DNA of 63,764 nt, counting the filler, from Octopus bimaculoides (taxonomy: Eukaryota), in assembly GCF_001194135.2 (NCBI RefSeq). It is 8 parts of 7 records of this genome, joined end to end, with 100 filler letters (N's around TTAATTAATTAA, not from the genome) between each part and the next. Parts side by side here need not be neighbours in the genome. Positions count along the whole stretch, not along the records: positions 40,734 to 56,243 come from NC_068981.1; positions 56,344 to 60,597 come from NC_069007.1; positions 60,698 to 62,481 come from NC_069009.1; positions 62,582 to 63,764 come from NW_026315807.1; 4 more parts are not named here. The stretch is one strand, 5' to 3'. How positions within the stretch are numbered: the stretch's first letter is position 1; each line of letters opens with the position of its first letter. Shown here piece by piece: positions 50,836 to 63,764 of this stretch. The translations under genes were made by a program, and so were the position numbers. Under the pieces are notes generated by a model. It was not told where the DNA came from. It did not search any database and saw only the letters and a list, made by a program, of their open reading frames with translations.

Positions 50836-51769
50836 TGTGCGTGTGTGTGTGTGTGTGACCACCTCTTGACAACCGATGTTGGTGTGTATACGTTTCTGTA
50901 ATGCTGTGGTTCGGCAAAATAGATCCATACAATAAGTACCAGGCTTCAAAAAATAAGAGTCAATGAGTTCGAGTAAATTTCTTCACGGTGGTGCCCCAAT
51001 ATGGCTGCAGTCTAACTGACTGAAACAAGTAAAAGATCAATTCGAAACAAAATGAAATGCGCTCCGCAAACTAACGATAGATGAGCTGACGTGAGTCTAA
51101 ACAAGATCAATCTATCAGCTAGATATAGCAGCTAAATCTCCTGCCAGTCACATTCTTGCATTTTTAAAAGAGTAGCGGTACGTTAAATAGTGTACACCGA
51201 GATGTATGCACTATATCTGAAAATATATTCAAGGCCCGAGAGATACTAAAGAAATAAAATGCAATATATGAGAGAAAGGCGAGGTGGTCATGACTGGAAT
51301 GAATACCTTTGAACGTAGGTCTGCTCAGTCAGAGCTTAACTGGGGTTAAGAAACAAGAACAAGAACAAGAACAACTGCAACAATAGGAGGGGGATGATTT
51401 TTAGCAAATGAATACAGCTCTTATTCCCGGGGGCAATATCACTGTCTCTTGTAGTGTTTGATGATAATAATACTTCATCAATTGAATTGTGCGTAGCTTA
51501 AAGATATGAAACACGCACAGATAAAAACAAAATGAACAAAAAAATACAAGAACAAAAGAACACAAAATCGAATTAAAAAAACAATGCTCTCCCTTTCCCC
51601 GTAAAATGAACAAAAACAATCCCCTCCTCGGCCCCCCAAAAATACGATGGTAGAGTTAATATGGTTGTATTACACCTGTCGCTTGTTAGGTTTATTGTTT
51701 CGGAAGGGCTTGCATTAAAACTTATCTCTTTTCCTTTTTTTTTTTCGCATTACAAGACATCGATGGTAA

Positions 51770-52350
51770 CTACAGAGTACCATGTTATGGTCTGACAAAA
51801 TGGCTTTTTCAACTGTGATATGAATGACGATAGCACTTTTGCTCAACAGAAGATCCAAAGCACTTTTGTATGTGTCTTATTGGCTTGAGTACAAGCGGGA
51901 AAAAAATCATTCATAATTTCGAAAAGTGTCTCTACTGCGTCGTGGTCCTAGGTTGAAATGTGAATTCTTAGTTTCAGAGTATTCGTAGACGAATCCACAA
52001 AGGGAAAGTTAAAGTCGCCCATCATTAAAATTTTGCCAGAGATGTACTCCTTGATGAATTGTTGAATTTGTTTTTGGGAGGCACACTAGCAAACAAATTA
52101 GAGATATTTGAGATAGTTGTAGATCTCGATTATAGACATGCCATTAGCATTGTTATATATAGACAGTGATTCACAGTAGCCAGTTGAAATACGTTCATTG
52201 CATCTGTGGTAAGGATCGTGGTGGAAAATAGTAACGTCCCTCTTAAATCGGTTTGCGTTATCTCCGCAAACCGATTTAAGAAGGGAATTACTTTGAGGTT
52301 AGGATGAAGAAAGAGATTAGGTTTGGCTATCCGGTAAGCCAACCCTCAGT
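51770..52350 (-). mobile_element. LINE AP-endonuclease domain fragment (CR1/L2/Jockey group)
   Basis: Hand translation KILMMGDFNFP...SALDLLLS...AILSDHNMVLC (GDFN, LD, SDH motifs). Confidence 0.8.
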
Positions 52351-54394
52351 GTATGGAATTTTCCATTTTCGTGCATTGATTGATGGTCTGGTTCCTTGAT
52401 CATTTAGCAGGATTATCGTTGCTAAGGTAACTGCTTCTTTGTGTCAGTTCAAAGTGTGTACTGTCTTCGTTACTGTTTAGTGGCACTACTGGGGGTACTC
52501 CTTACCTGGAGTGACAGTGGAAGTTGATGTTTATAGCGAAAATACTTTTCTGGATTTTTTTTTCCAGATTCAGTATAAGAAAAAATGAGTTCTCGTGATT
52601 AGCGGGAGAACAGTTAGCCTATGGAATCACTGAGTTTGTGTTTCCACTGTCTGATATGGTCACGATTGTTGTCTTTGTTTCCTCTGAATGTTTTCTTGTT
52701 TCGTAATATATGCAAAGGAAACGGATCAGTATTGCTATTGCAAGGGACGGTGTTACAATAGTGGTTAGGTTTGTGTTATTAGAATAGGGAGCAGCTTTGG
52801 CAGGGTTAAATGTGTCAGGGAGAGAACACTAATCTTCTTATTGGAGATTATAAATTGATATTTTTTATAATTTATTTATTGAATATATATAATTTTATTT
52901 TATTCGTTTATCAATTTTTGACTAAACACCCTGGGTCACACTTTCCATTTCAGCGTTGGCAAACTGCGCTACCAGCTATTGCATGACTTCAAATTGTGTT
53001 TGATTTACACGTGCTCATAGGTGTATATTTGCACTAGGGTCTTCCAATCAGCACGTGATTTCCACAATGCTCTGCTGAGATAGCAGTGTATATTTACACA
53101 TACATGCATACATACATACATACATACATACATACATACATACATACATACATACATACATACATACATACATACATACGAACGTACGTACGTACGTACG
53201 TACAACTCTTCGAAATGTTTAGTTTTAGAATGGTGGCAGCTGATGAAGGAAATGTTCTCTATGTGGCCTGTGTGTTTTCTGTACTCTGTTTATTATTTTG
53301 TCCACGTTTTTTTTGCAACGTNNNNNNNNNNNNNNNNNNNNNNNNNNNNNNNNNNNNNNNNNNNNNNNNNNNNNNNNNNNNNNNNNNNNNNNNNNNNNNN
53401 NNNNNNNNNNNNNNNNNNNNNNNNNNNNNNNNNNNNNNNNNNNNNNNNNNNNNNNNNNNNNNNNNNNNNNNNNNNNNNNNNNNNNNNNNNNNNNNNNNNN
53501 NNNNNNNNNNNNNNNNNNNNNNNNNNNNNNNNNNNNNNNNNNNNNNNNNNNNNNNNNNNNNNNNNNNNNNNNNNNNNNNNNNNNNNNNNNNNNNNNNNNN
53601 NNNNNNNNNNNNNNNNNNNNNNNNNNNNNNNNNNNNNNNNNNNNNNNNNNNNNNNNNNNNNNNNNNNNNNNNNNNNNNNNNNNNNNNNNNNNNNNNNNNN
53701 NNNNNNNNNNNNNNNNNNNNNNNNNNNNNNNNNNNNNNNNNNNNNNNNNNNNNNNNNNNNNNNNNNNNNNNNNNNNNNNNNNNNNNNNNNNNNNNNNNNN
53801 NNNNNNNNNNNNNNNNNNNNNNNNNNNNNNNNNNNNNNNNNNNNNNNNNNNNNNNNNNNNNNNNNNNNNNNNNNNTATGTATGTATGTATGTATGTATGT
53901 ATGTATGTATGCATGCATGCATTTATGTATGTATGTATGTATGTATGTATGTATGTATGTATGTATAAGGAAAAATTTCTCCAAATATTTCAGTCATAAC
54001 CATTCAGTCTCATATTAGCACTATTCATTAGAAAAAATTAATTTTCTATTCCCACCTTTAACATATTTCTGAAGAACTTCACGATTTGCTGGAGACTTTG
54101 TTAATCAATCCTGAAATTGTCCTCAGTGGAAGAGTCTTCTACATCAGAAATCATTTCATTAAATTCAATTTGCTGTAGATTGATATAATTATATATATAC
54201 ATATATAAAATTGTTTCTTCAGAATTACATATGCTATTACTTAACATAACTTCGTCACAACTTGATTCACTTTTCATGTAGAAAACAAAAAAACACCGCA
54301 AACAGCTTAATGGCGTAACACAATTGTCGTACGCAGTCAATATCCTTATCAAATGTAACCATGTCATTTGCTCCATCAGTATCTCCTACAACTT

Positions 54395-55542
54395 GTGGAG
54401 GTGCAATGGCCCAGTGGTTAGGGCAGCGGACACGCGGTTTCGATTCCCAGACCGGGCGTTGTGGGTGTTTATTGAGCGAAAACACCTAAAGCTCCACGAG
54501 GCTCTGGCAGGGGATGGTGGCGAACCCTGCTGTACTCTTTCACCACAACTTTCTCTCACTCTTTCTTCCTGTTTCTGTTGTACTTGTATTTCAAAGGGCC
54601 AGCCTTGTCACACTGTGTCACGCTGAATATCCCCGAGACCTACGTTAAGGGTACACGTGTCTGTGGAGTGCTCAGCCACTTGCACGTTAATTTCCAATAA
54701 AGTATTGCTCCTTTTAGATAATGCAATAAACTTAGGTTGTTGTTGGCACTCCGTCGCTTACGACGTCGAGGGTTCCAGACGATCCGATCAACGGAACAGC
54801 CTGCTCGTGAAATTAACGTGCAAGTGGCTGAGCACTCCACAGACACGTGTACCCTTAACGTAGTTCTTGGGGATATTCAGCGTGACACAGTGTGACAAGG
54901 CTGACCCTTTGAATTACAGGCACAACAGAAACAGGAAGTAAGAGTGAGAGAAAGTTGTGNNNNNNNNNNCCAGACCGGGCGTTGTGGGTGTTTATTGAGC
55001 GAAAACACCTAAAGCTCCACGAGGCTCTGGCAGGGGATGGTGGCGAACCCTGCTGTACTCTTTCACCACAACTTTCTCTCACTCTTTCTTCCTGTTTCTG
55101 TTGTACTTGTATTTCAAAGGGCCAGCCTTGTCACACTGTGTCACGCTGAATATCCCCGAGACCTACGTTAAGGGTACACGTGTCTGTGGAGTGCTCAGCC
55201 ACTTGCACGTTAATTTCCAATAAAGTATTGCTCCTTTTAGATAATGCAATAAACTTAGGTTGTTGTTGGCACTCCGTCGCTTACGACGTCGAGGGTTCCA
55301 GTTGATCCGATCAACGGAACACCCTGCTCGTGAAATTAACGTGCAAGTGGCTGAGCACTCCACAGACACGTGTACCCTTAACGTAGTTCTTGGGGATATT
55401 CAGCGTGACACAGTGTGACAAGGCTGACCCTTTGAATTACAGGCACAACAGAAACAGGAAGTAAGAGTGAGAGAAAGTTGTGGTGAAAGAGTACAGCAGG
55501 GTTCACCACCATCCCCTGCCGGAACACCGTGGAGCTTTAGGT
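54395..55542. mobile_element. Tail-to-tail inverted SINE A pair, present twice across a 10-N gap
   Basis: + copy 54395-54694, 42-bp spacer, - copy 54737-54959; repeated at 54970-55217 / 55260-55542. Confidence 0.9.
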
Positions 55543-56614
55543 AATTTGTAAAATTTAGACAAAAATGAATTGAGAGAAATAACTCGTTGTATTTGAACAA
55601 TGCAGGCAAATACAGGCATATCAAATACCATACAACAAATTTTTTAAATTTTATTAAAATAATCTGCGCTTCTAATAGATATGCCATAATTGCCAAATGG
55701 AAATTTCTTAGCTTATTTTTGTTTTAAGTTATGCAAGTGACTTAAGCCATACACGTATTCTGCTCTTTTTGAATAAGTCTAAGTGCCCTGGCTACCGGAG
55801 ATAAGGTCGGACAATTATTGAGCTAATTAACGGATATTGGGCCGATTTAGCTCTGTAGCTATAATGTTCTTATATCAAGTTTTCCTCCCTTTGCTTACAT
55901 AACTACCTGTTCTCTTCATTCCATTATATCTTTTATTAAGAATTTTTCCATTCCTGTTTCCTGTCCTTCTTACATTGACTTTCGTAGTATCCGTAATGTT
56001 TGTTTTACTATTTATCCAATTAAGGTATGCCTTTGTATTTTCGCTTTTATTGTCACAATGATTCTTATTGTTCATCCGTTTCATTATTTCTATATCTTTT
56101 TCTACTTTTCTATTACTTGTTTCAGTCATTTGACTGCGGCTATGCTGGAGCACCGCCTTTAGTCGAACAAATTGACTCTGGAATTTATTCTTCTTAAGCC
56201 TAGTACTTATTCTATCGGGTTCTTTTGCCGAACCACTAAGTTANNNNNNNNNNNNNNNNNNNNNNNNNNNNNNNNNNNNNNNNNNNNTTAATTAATTAAN
56301 NNNNNNNNNNNNNNNNNNNNNNNNNNNNNNNNNNNNNNNNNNNAAAACCTTGTGACCAGCTGATCTAGCAAGCAGGGCCTCACCTCGGTGAGGACAGTGG
56401 GGTGGGCAGTGTTCCATAATACCTTCACGAGGAAGACCCTGAAATGATGTGCATTCTATCCTGGTGGTTTCATAAGTCCCCTGGTGTTTGGTATGTGGAG
56501 CATGCAACTAATAGCACTTGTGTCTGCAACTTGTTTGTAAATAATGTATGTACGTATGTTTGTACGTACGTTTGTATGTATGTATGTTTGTATGTATGTA
56601 TGTATGTATGCATG

Positions 56615-56658
<44 letters not shown>

Positions 56659-56867
56659 GAATGTGTATGTGTATACACAAATAAATAAATGAATGTATGT
56701 ATGAATGCATATATACATGCGTGTATGTATATGTGTGAATGTACGCAGGCATGTCTCTATGCACATGTATTTACATGTGCGTGTTCTTGTGTATCTATCA
56801 ATTTACATATATATGTTTATGTGTGTATTTATATATATATATATAGGTGCAGGAATATATATACATA

Positions 56868-57250
56868 GGTGCAGGAATGGCTGTGTGGTAAGTAGCTTGC
56901 TTCCCAACCACATGGTTCTGGGTTCAGTCCCACTGCATGGCACCTTGGGCAAGTGTCTTCTACTATAGGCTCGGGCTGACCAAAACCTTGTGAGTGGATT
57001 TGGTAGACAGAAACTGAAATAAGCCCGTCGTATATGTGTATGTATATATGTATGTGTGTGTTTGTCCCCCCAACATCACTTGACAACTGATGCTGGTGTG
57101 TTTATGTCCCTGTAACTTAATGGTTCAGCAAAAGAGTCTGATAGAATAAGTACTAGGCTTACAAAGAATAAGTCCTGGGGTTGATTTGCTTGACTAAAGG
57201 CAATGCTCCAGCATGGCCGCAGTCAAATGACTGAAACAAGTAAAATAATA
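56868..57250 (+). mobile_element. SINE C full length
   Basis: Same architecture as 46761-47186. Confidence 0.85.
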
Positions 57251-57686
57251 AAAGCATATGCGCATAATTACATTTATATGTATGTGCACATGTATGTATA
57301 TATAGCTATAGGCACAGGGTAACCCAGAAGTCATACAACAGGTTAAAAGATTAATGGATTAAAAGATTAATAACTACCATTGTATTTGTATAGATTCTCC
57401 TCTTTATTTATTTTGTTTTCTTCTTTTTTTCTTATAGAATTTTTATGTAAATAATGGAAAATTTTAGATATTTAAGAAAAATACTACTACACAAAATCTT
57501 CTATTTTCCGCTTCAGAAATTTTAACTTTTTATTGAATTTTATTTTAATTTATTTTATTTTTAGAATTTAGAGTATGATCTACAATAGTTTGTAAATGTC
57601 GGATAGGAACTGCCAAAGTTCTGCCAGCAGGTTTTCTGTTATATTCTTTTCAGTTCTTATGCTACAAACATACCACATTTCATTAA

Positions 57687-57742
57687 CAGTGTGAGAAAAA
57701 AGTGGACCATTTTAAACTCTGGTTGACTTTTGGACCACACTG
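57687..57742. repeat. 56-bp imperfect palindrome (possible mini Tc1-type MITE)
   Basis: cagtgtg..aaaagtggacca..tggttgactttt..cacactg. Confidence 0.45.
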
Positions 57743-58321
57743 AATATATGTATGTATGCATTTGTGTGTGTGTGTGTGTGTGTATTGTTATATTTTGAAA
57801 TGGCTGTTTTTTTGTGTGTGAAATAACTACATTCACTATATTCTTGTTCTGTTTAGTCCATTCGGTAAGAAGAAACACATGGGGTGGAAAGTTACTGAAG
57901 AGGTCAAAGGGAGTGTGAGGAAAGATTTCAGACAGAGGACACTTAAATAAGAATAATAATAATGAAAATGAAGTAACAAATGGGTAAACAGTGCATGTGT
58001 TTATTTGGCCCCCAAAAATGACCCTCCCTAAATATAACAATATCTGTTTCAATACACAATTTCACATCAAAGATCTTGCAAAACAAATACACATGCACGC
58101 GCACACACACACAGACACACACTCAGGTATTCTCATCTAAAAGTGACAATGAATACTCACACTTACATGTGACACATTAGACCAATTGTAAAAACTTCTT
58201 CACATGAAATCATTGGTTGCTTTGTTTAACCCACAAATAACGCATATATTGCAATAAATTTTAAGAGCAACAAATTTAGCCAATAAAAGCTTAAAGGTTT
58301 TTATGCATGAGTGTGTATATA

Positions 58322-58538
58322 CGAGGGGGTACTGAAAGGTTCCTGGCATTGGGTAAAAGAAAATACAAGAGGATCACTTAATTATGATTTTATTCAACAT
58401 ATTCCCCTCTCAGATTCACACACTTATTGCAGCAGTTCTTCAGTTTTTCTAAGCCCTGTAAAAGAACTTGGAAGATTGGGCCTCCAACCAGGCCTTTCAC
58501 GATATCCTTAAAGCCAGGAACTTTCCAGCATTCCCTCA
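58322..58538 (-). mobile_element. mariner (irritans-like) internal-deletion MITE
   Basis: TA|cgagggggtactgaaaggttcctggc ... gccaggaacttttcagcattccctca|TA; internal minus-strand CNKCVNLRGEYVE* transposase C-terminus. Confidence 0.85.
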
Positions 58539-58859
58539 TATATGCTTAGAAAGTGAACCTCTTAGCTGAACAGTCATATATTTCTGAGTATGTATATATG
58601 GCCTTGTGATTGTCGTGTTGGGCTTCTAATCCAAAGGACAAAGGTTCAATCATTAGTTCGGGCAATGTATTGAATTTTTTTTAGCAATAGCAGTAAAAAT
58701 GGATGTATCTTGTGCCTTCTCTTATTACACAGGCATTGAGTGGAGTGGATTAGTTGATAACATCGACTCCAATGTAAAGTCTGATGACATACTACTAAGA
58801 ACTTTGTCCAATATGCTAATGGTTCAGACAGCTTGCCACTTTCAATAATAATTATAATG

Positions 58860-59320
58860 GTTTCAAAATTAGGCACAAGGCCAGCAATGTTTAGTGGGGA
58901 GGTGATAAGTTGATTACATTGGCCCTGTTGCTTAACTAGCATTTATTTTATTGACCCACAAAGGATGAAAGGCAAAGTCAATCTCAGTAGGATTTGAACT
59001 CAGAATGTGAGGATGGATGAAATGCCACCAGGCATTTTCCTCAGTGTGCTAACAATTTTGCCAGCTCGAGCCTTAACCATAATAATAATCTTTTCTACTA
59101 AAGGCACAAGGCCTGAAATTTATAGGGGAGAGGTCTAGTCGATTACATTGACCCCATTGTCTCACTGGTATTTAATTTATCGATTCCAAAAGGATGAAAG
59201 GTAAAGTCAACCTTGGCAGAATTTGAACTCAGAATGTAAAGACGGATGGAATGCCGCTAAGCATTTTGCCCAGCATGCTAACGATTCTGCCAGCTCACCA
59301 CCTTATAATAATAATAATAA
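58860..59320 (-). mobile_element. Two tandem SINE B copies with (AAT)n tails
   Basis: ggcacaaggcc...ggatgaaagg..aaagtcaa...gaactcagaatgt occurs twice. Confidence 0.8.
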
Positions 59321-59369
59321 TAATAATAAAAATAATAATAATAATAAAAATAATTGTTTTGTTTTAGTA

Positions 59370-59850
59370 TAGAAGATGGGCTGCAGCAAATATTCTGCTC
59401 AATAGCACAGATGTGCATGTCAGTTGTTTGACCTTAACCAGTTGAGCATGTCCCTTGGTGGCTGACGATATGTGCATCTCTGATCACGAGCAGAAGTAGT
59501 GGGGGAGCATCATGGCCATGTGTTGAGAGGGATTCTTTGGGGTTTCAACAATTCACCTTTGGAAACATGGGTGGCTATTTCATTCAACATTCTTAAACAA
59601 CCCTTATTCAGGGACCTTTTGAGCAGGATGGGGTACTCGACCTTAAGAAAATTCTAACTGAGCCCCACCTGTAAGATCATGTGCTGTTTATCTTGATATG
59701 GGATCACCATGTCATGCACATATGGTTGTGATGCATGTGCCTGGTGTACCCTTATCAGACGGGTAGTCATGATGGGTATACTGGGCTTTGTATATTTTAC
59801 CCCAGTGTCACTTTGATGGCATGCAGTGCTCTTTCACTTGATAATAATAA
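59370..59850 (+). repeat. Unclassified retroposon-like repeat ending in (TAA)n
   Basis: GC-richer block between (AAT)n runs; no ORF motif recognised. Confidence 0.35.
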
Positions 59851-60411
59851 TAATAATGATAATAATTAATCAATGAAAAGTGAGATCGTACAAGTGTTAG
59901 TCCGAGTTTCATGTTACTTTATTTTTTGCCATAGATTTTGTAGAAACAAGAGAAGAGAAAAAACTGATATAAAAAGATTTCCTCTTTTTTTTTTTTTTTA
60001 AAGAAGTTGAAGAATTTCAAGAAAGAATTAAAAAGAAAGAATCGAAGAATCAAAACAACAACAACATCAACAATATAGAATAAAAAAACAAAAAAAGAAT
60101 TGGAAAATAGAAAAAGAGTAAAACAAAAATGGTTGATATAAGAAAAAAAATATAATGGTGAAAGAAGAAATATGTAGAAATCTCTTCAGCAGGATCCAAA
60201 TCAGCAGAAAAATTTGCAACCATCATCACCACCACCACCACCACCACCACTACCACTACTACTACTACTACAATCACCATCACCACAACAACCACCACCA
60301 CTGCAACTACTACTACTACTACTAGTGCTGCTGCTGCAGCCTTACTGCCTCCTCTCTCCCCTCCCATTACCTCTCTGTCACTGTCTCTCCCCCTCCTCCC
60401 ACTATACCCTC

Positions 60412-60446
<35 letters not shown>

Positions 60447-60478
60447 GTCACTCTCTCTCTCTCTCTCTTTCTCTCTCG

Positions 60479-60511
<33 letters not shown>

Positions 60512-60763
60512 CCTTTCTCTCTCTCTCCATCAAGCTGCCTACATATGGCAAACACTCTTTTTTGCTAAGAGGGAGATTTTTTTTTTCTTTCCGATTGNNN
60601 NNNNNNNNNNNNNNNNNNNNNNNNNNNNNNNNNNNNNNNNNTTAATTAATTAANNNNNNNNNNNNNNNNNNNNNNNNNNNNNNNNNNNNNNNNNNNNAGT
60701 CCAGGGGCACTGGCAACGATCTCACTTGAAAATCCTACGGGAGCCAGTCAGGCCCTACAGGGT

Positions 60764-61154
60764 GTGGAAGCGCAATGGCCCAGTGGTTAGAGCAGCGGAC
60801 TCACGGTCGCAAGATCGCGGTTTCGATTCCCAGACCGGGCGTTGTGAGTGTTTATTGAGTGAAAACCCCTAAAGCTCCACGAGGCTCCGGCAAGGGATGG
60901 TGGCGAACCCTGCTGTTCTCTTCCACCACAGCTTTCTCTCACTCTTACTTCCTTTTTCTGTTGTGCCTGTATTTCAAAGGGTCAGCCTTGTCACACTCTG
61001 AGTCACGCTGAATATCCCCCGAGAACTACGTTAGGGGTACAGGTCTCTGTGGAGTGCTCAGCCACTTGCACGTTAATTTCACGAGCAGGCTGTTCCGTTG
61101 ATTGGATCAATTGGAACCTTCGACGTCGTAAGCGACGGAGTGCCAACAAAAAAT
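60764..61154 (+). mobile_element. SINE A full length
   Basis: gtggaagcgcaatggcccagtggttag...cgacggagtgccaacaaaaaaa. Confidence 0.9.
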
Positions 61155-61204
61155 GTATACGTGTATATATATATATATATATGTATATGTGTATATATAT
61201 ATAT

Positions 61205-61420
61205 GTATGTATGTATATATGCCTGCCTTTAGCCATCACAATCACCCAAAGATAACTGAGAACAAAGTCACACAAACGTGGATGACTTATTGACTTAAAT
61301 GATTCCATGATGTGTGTAAGGCTTTCTTTGGAGGGGGCAGGGGTGATATTTTTGTAGGAAACTCTTAGAATGTCACTTTCTAGAATGGACCAAATAGTGA
61401 AGTCCACTGTGTTGATGTTT
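61205..61420 (-). mobile_element. Tc1/maT-like transposase C-terminal relic
   Basis: PPAKNINTVDFTIWSILESD...VIVMAKGRHI (decayed WPPxSPDLNPxD...KGGHIE). Confidence 0.65.
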
Positions 61421-63015
61421 TGGCTGGAGGTTAGTGGAGGGGGTGGGAGGTGGCACCCATTCTTGTCCCAGAATCTGCTTAACCAATGACCAAAACAAGT
61501 AAAAGATAAAACATGTGTATGTGTGTGTGTGTGTGTGTGTGATTTCTTGACATCATGTTATAGTTGTAAATGAGTGCCACCGCCATACCAGCAGTGTGGT
61601 TCGTTTCCAGTCATGTCTTGCCAGTGGGAATACTATGTTATTTGGAAGCAGATGTGGATTGTCGACAGGAGGGAAGGGCATCTGGCCATTGATATCCTGC
61701 CGTAATGGATTCTCAAACATCATAGACGAACATGGCGAAGCGGGCATTAAAAAAATGTTCATGGTGGTGATGATGATGGCGATGGTGGTGATGGTGGTGG
61801 TACCGGTGAAGAAGGTGATGAAAATGGTGATGGTGATTATGATGGTGGTGGTGGTGGTGATGGTCACGGTGATGATGGTAATGATAATGTTGGTGACGAC
61901 GATGATGATGATGATGGGGGAGTATTGGAAGAATTGTTAGGATGTAGGAACAAGATGGCCTGTGGCAGCCAAGAATTGCAAGTGGATTTGAACTCAGAAC
62001 ATTAACAACTGGGGCAAATCCACCTCTTTCCCCACAAGGTATTCTCCTCCCTCCCCCGCCACTATACTCTAACGATTCTGGAAGTCACCACCCTTAAATG
62101 ATGATGATGATGATGACAGTGGCGGTGGTGGTGGTGGTGGTAGTGGTGGTTGTCTGGATGGTGATGGTGAAGATAACTATTTCGATAGTGATGATGATGA
62201 TGATGATGATGATGATAACAATGACAGGATGATGGTGGTGATGATGATGATGATGATGATGGTGATGGTGAAAGTAACTATTTTGATAGTGATGATGATG
62301 ATGAAGACGATGATGATGACGATGACGACGACAATGATGATGATGATGATGATGATGATGATAACAATGACAGGATGGTTCTGCTGCTGCTGATAATGAT
62401 GATGATTGTGATGGTGAAGAGGAGGATGATGATGATGACATAAACCATGAAAAATAACTTAAAAAAGGTTATGACTTTTGANNNNNNNNNNNNNNNNNNN
62501 NNNNNNNNNNNNNNNNNNNNNNNNNTTAATTAATTAANNNNNNNNNNNNNNNNNNNNNNNNNNNNNNNNNNNNNNNNNNNNCTCAGGAAGTGAAAAAGTC
62601 TTTAACTTTTCAAACCTATGCTCTTCCACAGAAAGGAACACAGAAAGACGTCAATGACTTTATATATAACACCATACCTCAAACATTTGATCATATATAA
62701 GTATTACCATGGTTCTTAAACATATAAAAATATATAAATACATAAAAACACAGAAGGTAAAAATATATATGTGAATAGAACAGCCTATCAAAAAGTAAAT
62801 ATAAACAACTAAAAATTCATAAAAATTCTAAAGCATGTCATGCTACTAAAAAACTAAATAAACTAGGATAAAATAAAATATCAATCGACTAAAAATATTT
62901 TTAAAAAGTTTTTTTTATTCCCCTCACAATAGTACTTCCAAAAAGTTCAATTCTTAAAAACCCTGGTAGGTTTGAGTCCATGAGCAAAAAGAGATCCACA
63001 AAATCAATTCAAACA

Positions 63016-63098
63016 CACCTATGGCCATTACGGGAGCTCATTACTGTGGTTAGATTACATTTAAAGTGCATCACGGCAATGACCCCCTCATCAGGATG
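63016..63098 (-). ncRNA. Degenerate type I hammerhead ribozyme in a Penelope pLTR
   Basis: CAUC-CUGAUGA-long stem II (gggggucauugccgug/cacaguaaugagcuccc)-GUAA (A13>U)-U-GGCC-A-UA-GGUG. Confidence 0.55.
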
Positions 63099-63255
63099 AA
63101 CAGAAACATGCACAGAACAAATCTAAAAAGTTTATACAAACCTGCAAGGTTAGTTTTACAGGTAAACCTTGAATTATTTAATTGCTAAACATGCAGGTGG
63201 CTATTGTTAATAGAAATTTAAACTTGCCAGTTTCAAAGCTCCATAAAACTAAATA

Positions 63256-63763
63256 TCATTTACTACATCTACTTTTACTTCTGTGCACTTTCAGAAAAGT
63301 GGAAGAAAACTTATGGTTGCAAAACGGGATCACCTCAGTAAATTTATTTAAAGTTTTAGGCCCAAAAGACTTAAGGATGGCAAGGGATTCCCTTACACAT
63401 AACTTAGTTATCAGTATCAACTCTGAAATAAGGGGCCCTTGAAATAACAGAGCATTCAAGAGAATATCTTTCATTATTCCTCTTTAAACCGCATATATGA
63501 GATGCAAGTGTAGAAGAATTACAGTATCTTTCGTTTTCAAACGAATTCATGTGGGCCCTATATCTAGCCTTAAAATTTACAGTACTGCCTATATAAATTT
63601 TATCCAAATTACTCTCCTCTTTAACAATGCCTTTATATATTGCATTAGTAGTGAGACAGAACCCATTGAGGGGAGATAATCCAGAGTTTTGACAATTACA
63701 AGATTTACCAGAGCCATCCCTAACCTTAATATTAATGCTAACATTACTTACCTGGCTTCCCAC
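63256..63763 (-). mobile_element. Penelope-like element GIY-YIG endonuclease C-terminus (one frameshift), runs off the window
   Basis: CNC...PLNGFCLTTNAIYKGIV...KIYIGSTVNFKARYRAH...KLCVRESLAILK...LNKFTEVIPFCNHK. Confidence 0.88.
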
Positions 63764-63764
63764 A

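Noticed and set aside
54447-55482. 513-bp direct duplication suggesting a tandem SINE array
   Set aside because: Near-identical copies on either side of a 10-N gap; most likely overlapping contig ends or haplotypes

Overview
Animal, AT-rich, microsatellite-dense draft-assembly window with many N gaps. The SINE/LINE repertoire looks like a coleoid cephalopod, probably Octopus; this is inferred from repeat character, not from a search. Most of it appears to be intronic or intergenic DNA filled with transposon relics: RTE, CR1-like and Penelope-like retroelements, three or more tRNA-derived SINE families, several Tc1/mariner lineages, a hAT-like transposase, hAT MITEs and Helitrons. Only one host exon is firmly recognisable: a 159-bp VPS10-domain receptor (SorLA/SorCS-type) exon at 23351-23509 (+). 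A probable exon of an unknown membrane protein lies on the opposite strand at 33020-33276. The most notable hand-found structure is a hammerhead ribozyme with a complete catalytic core and a 71-nt insertion in loop II (18534-18639, -) beside Penelope-like fragments. A second hammerhead with one core substitution (63016-63098, -) lies downstream of a GIY-YIG ORF. Other points of interest are a mariner-Helitron chimera, an RTE copy with a fold-back 5' end, a nested bipartite RTE/MITE/SINE, and AG|GTRAG recursive-splice-like motifs. Most long ORFs in the supplied track are microsatellite or N-gap artefacts. Boundaries of decayed repeats are approximate.
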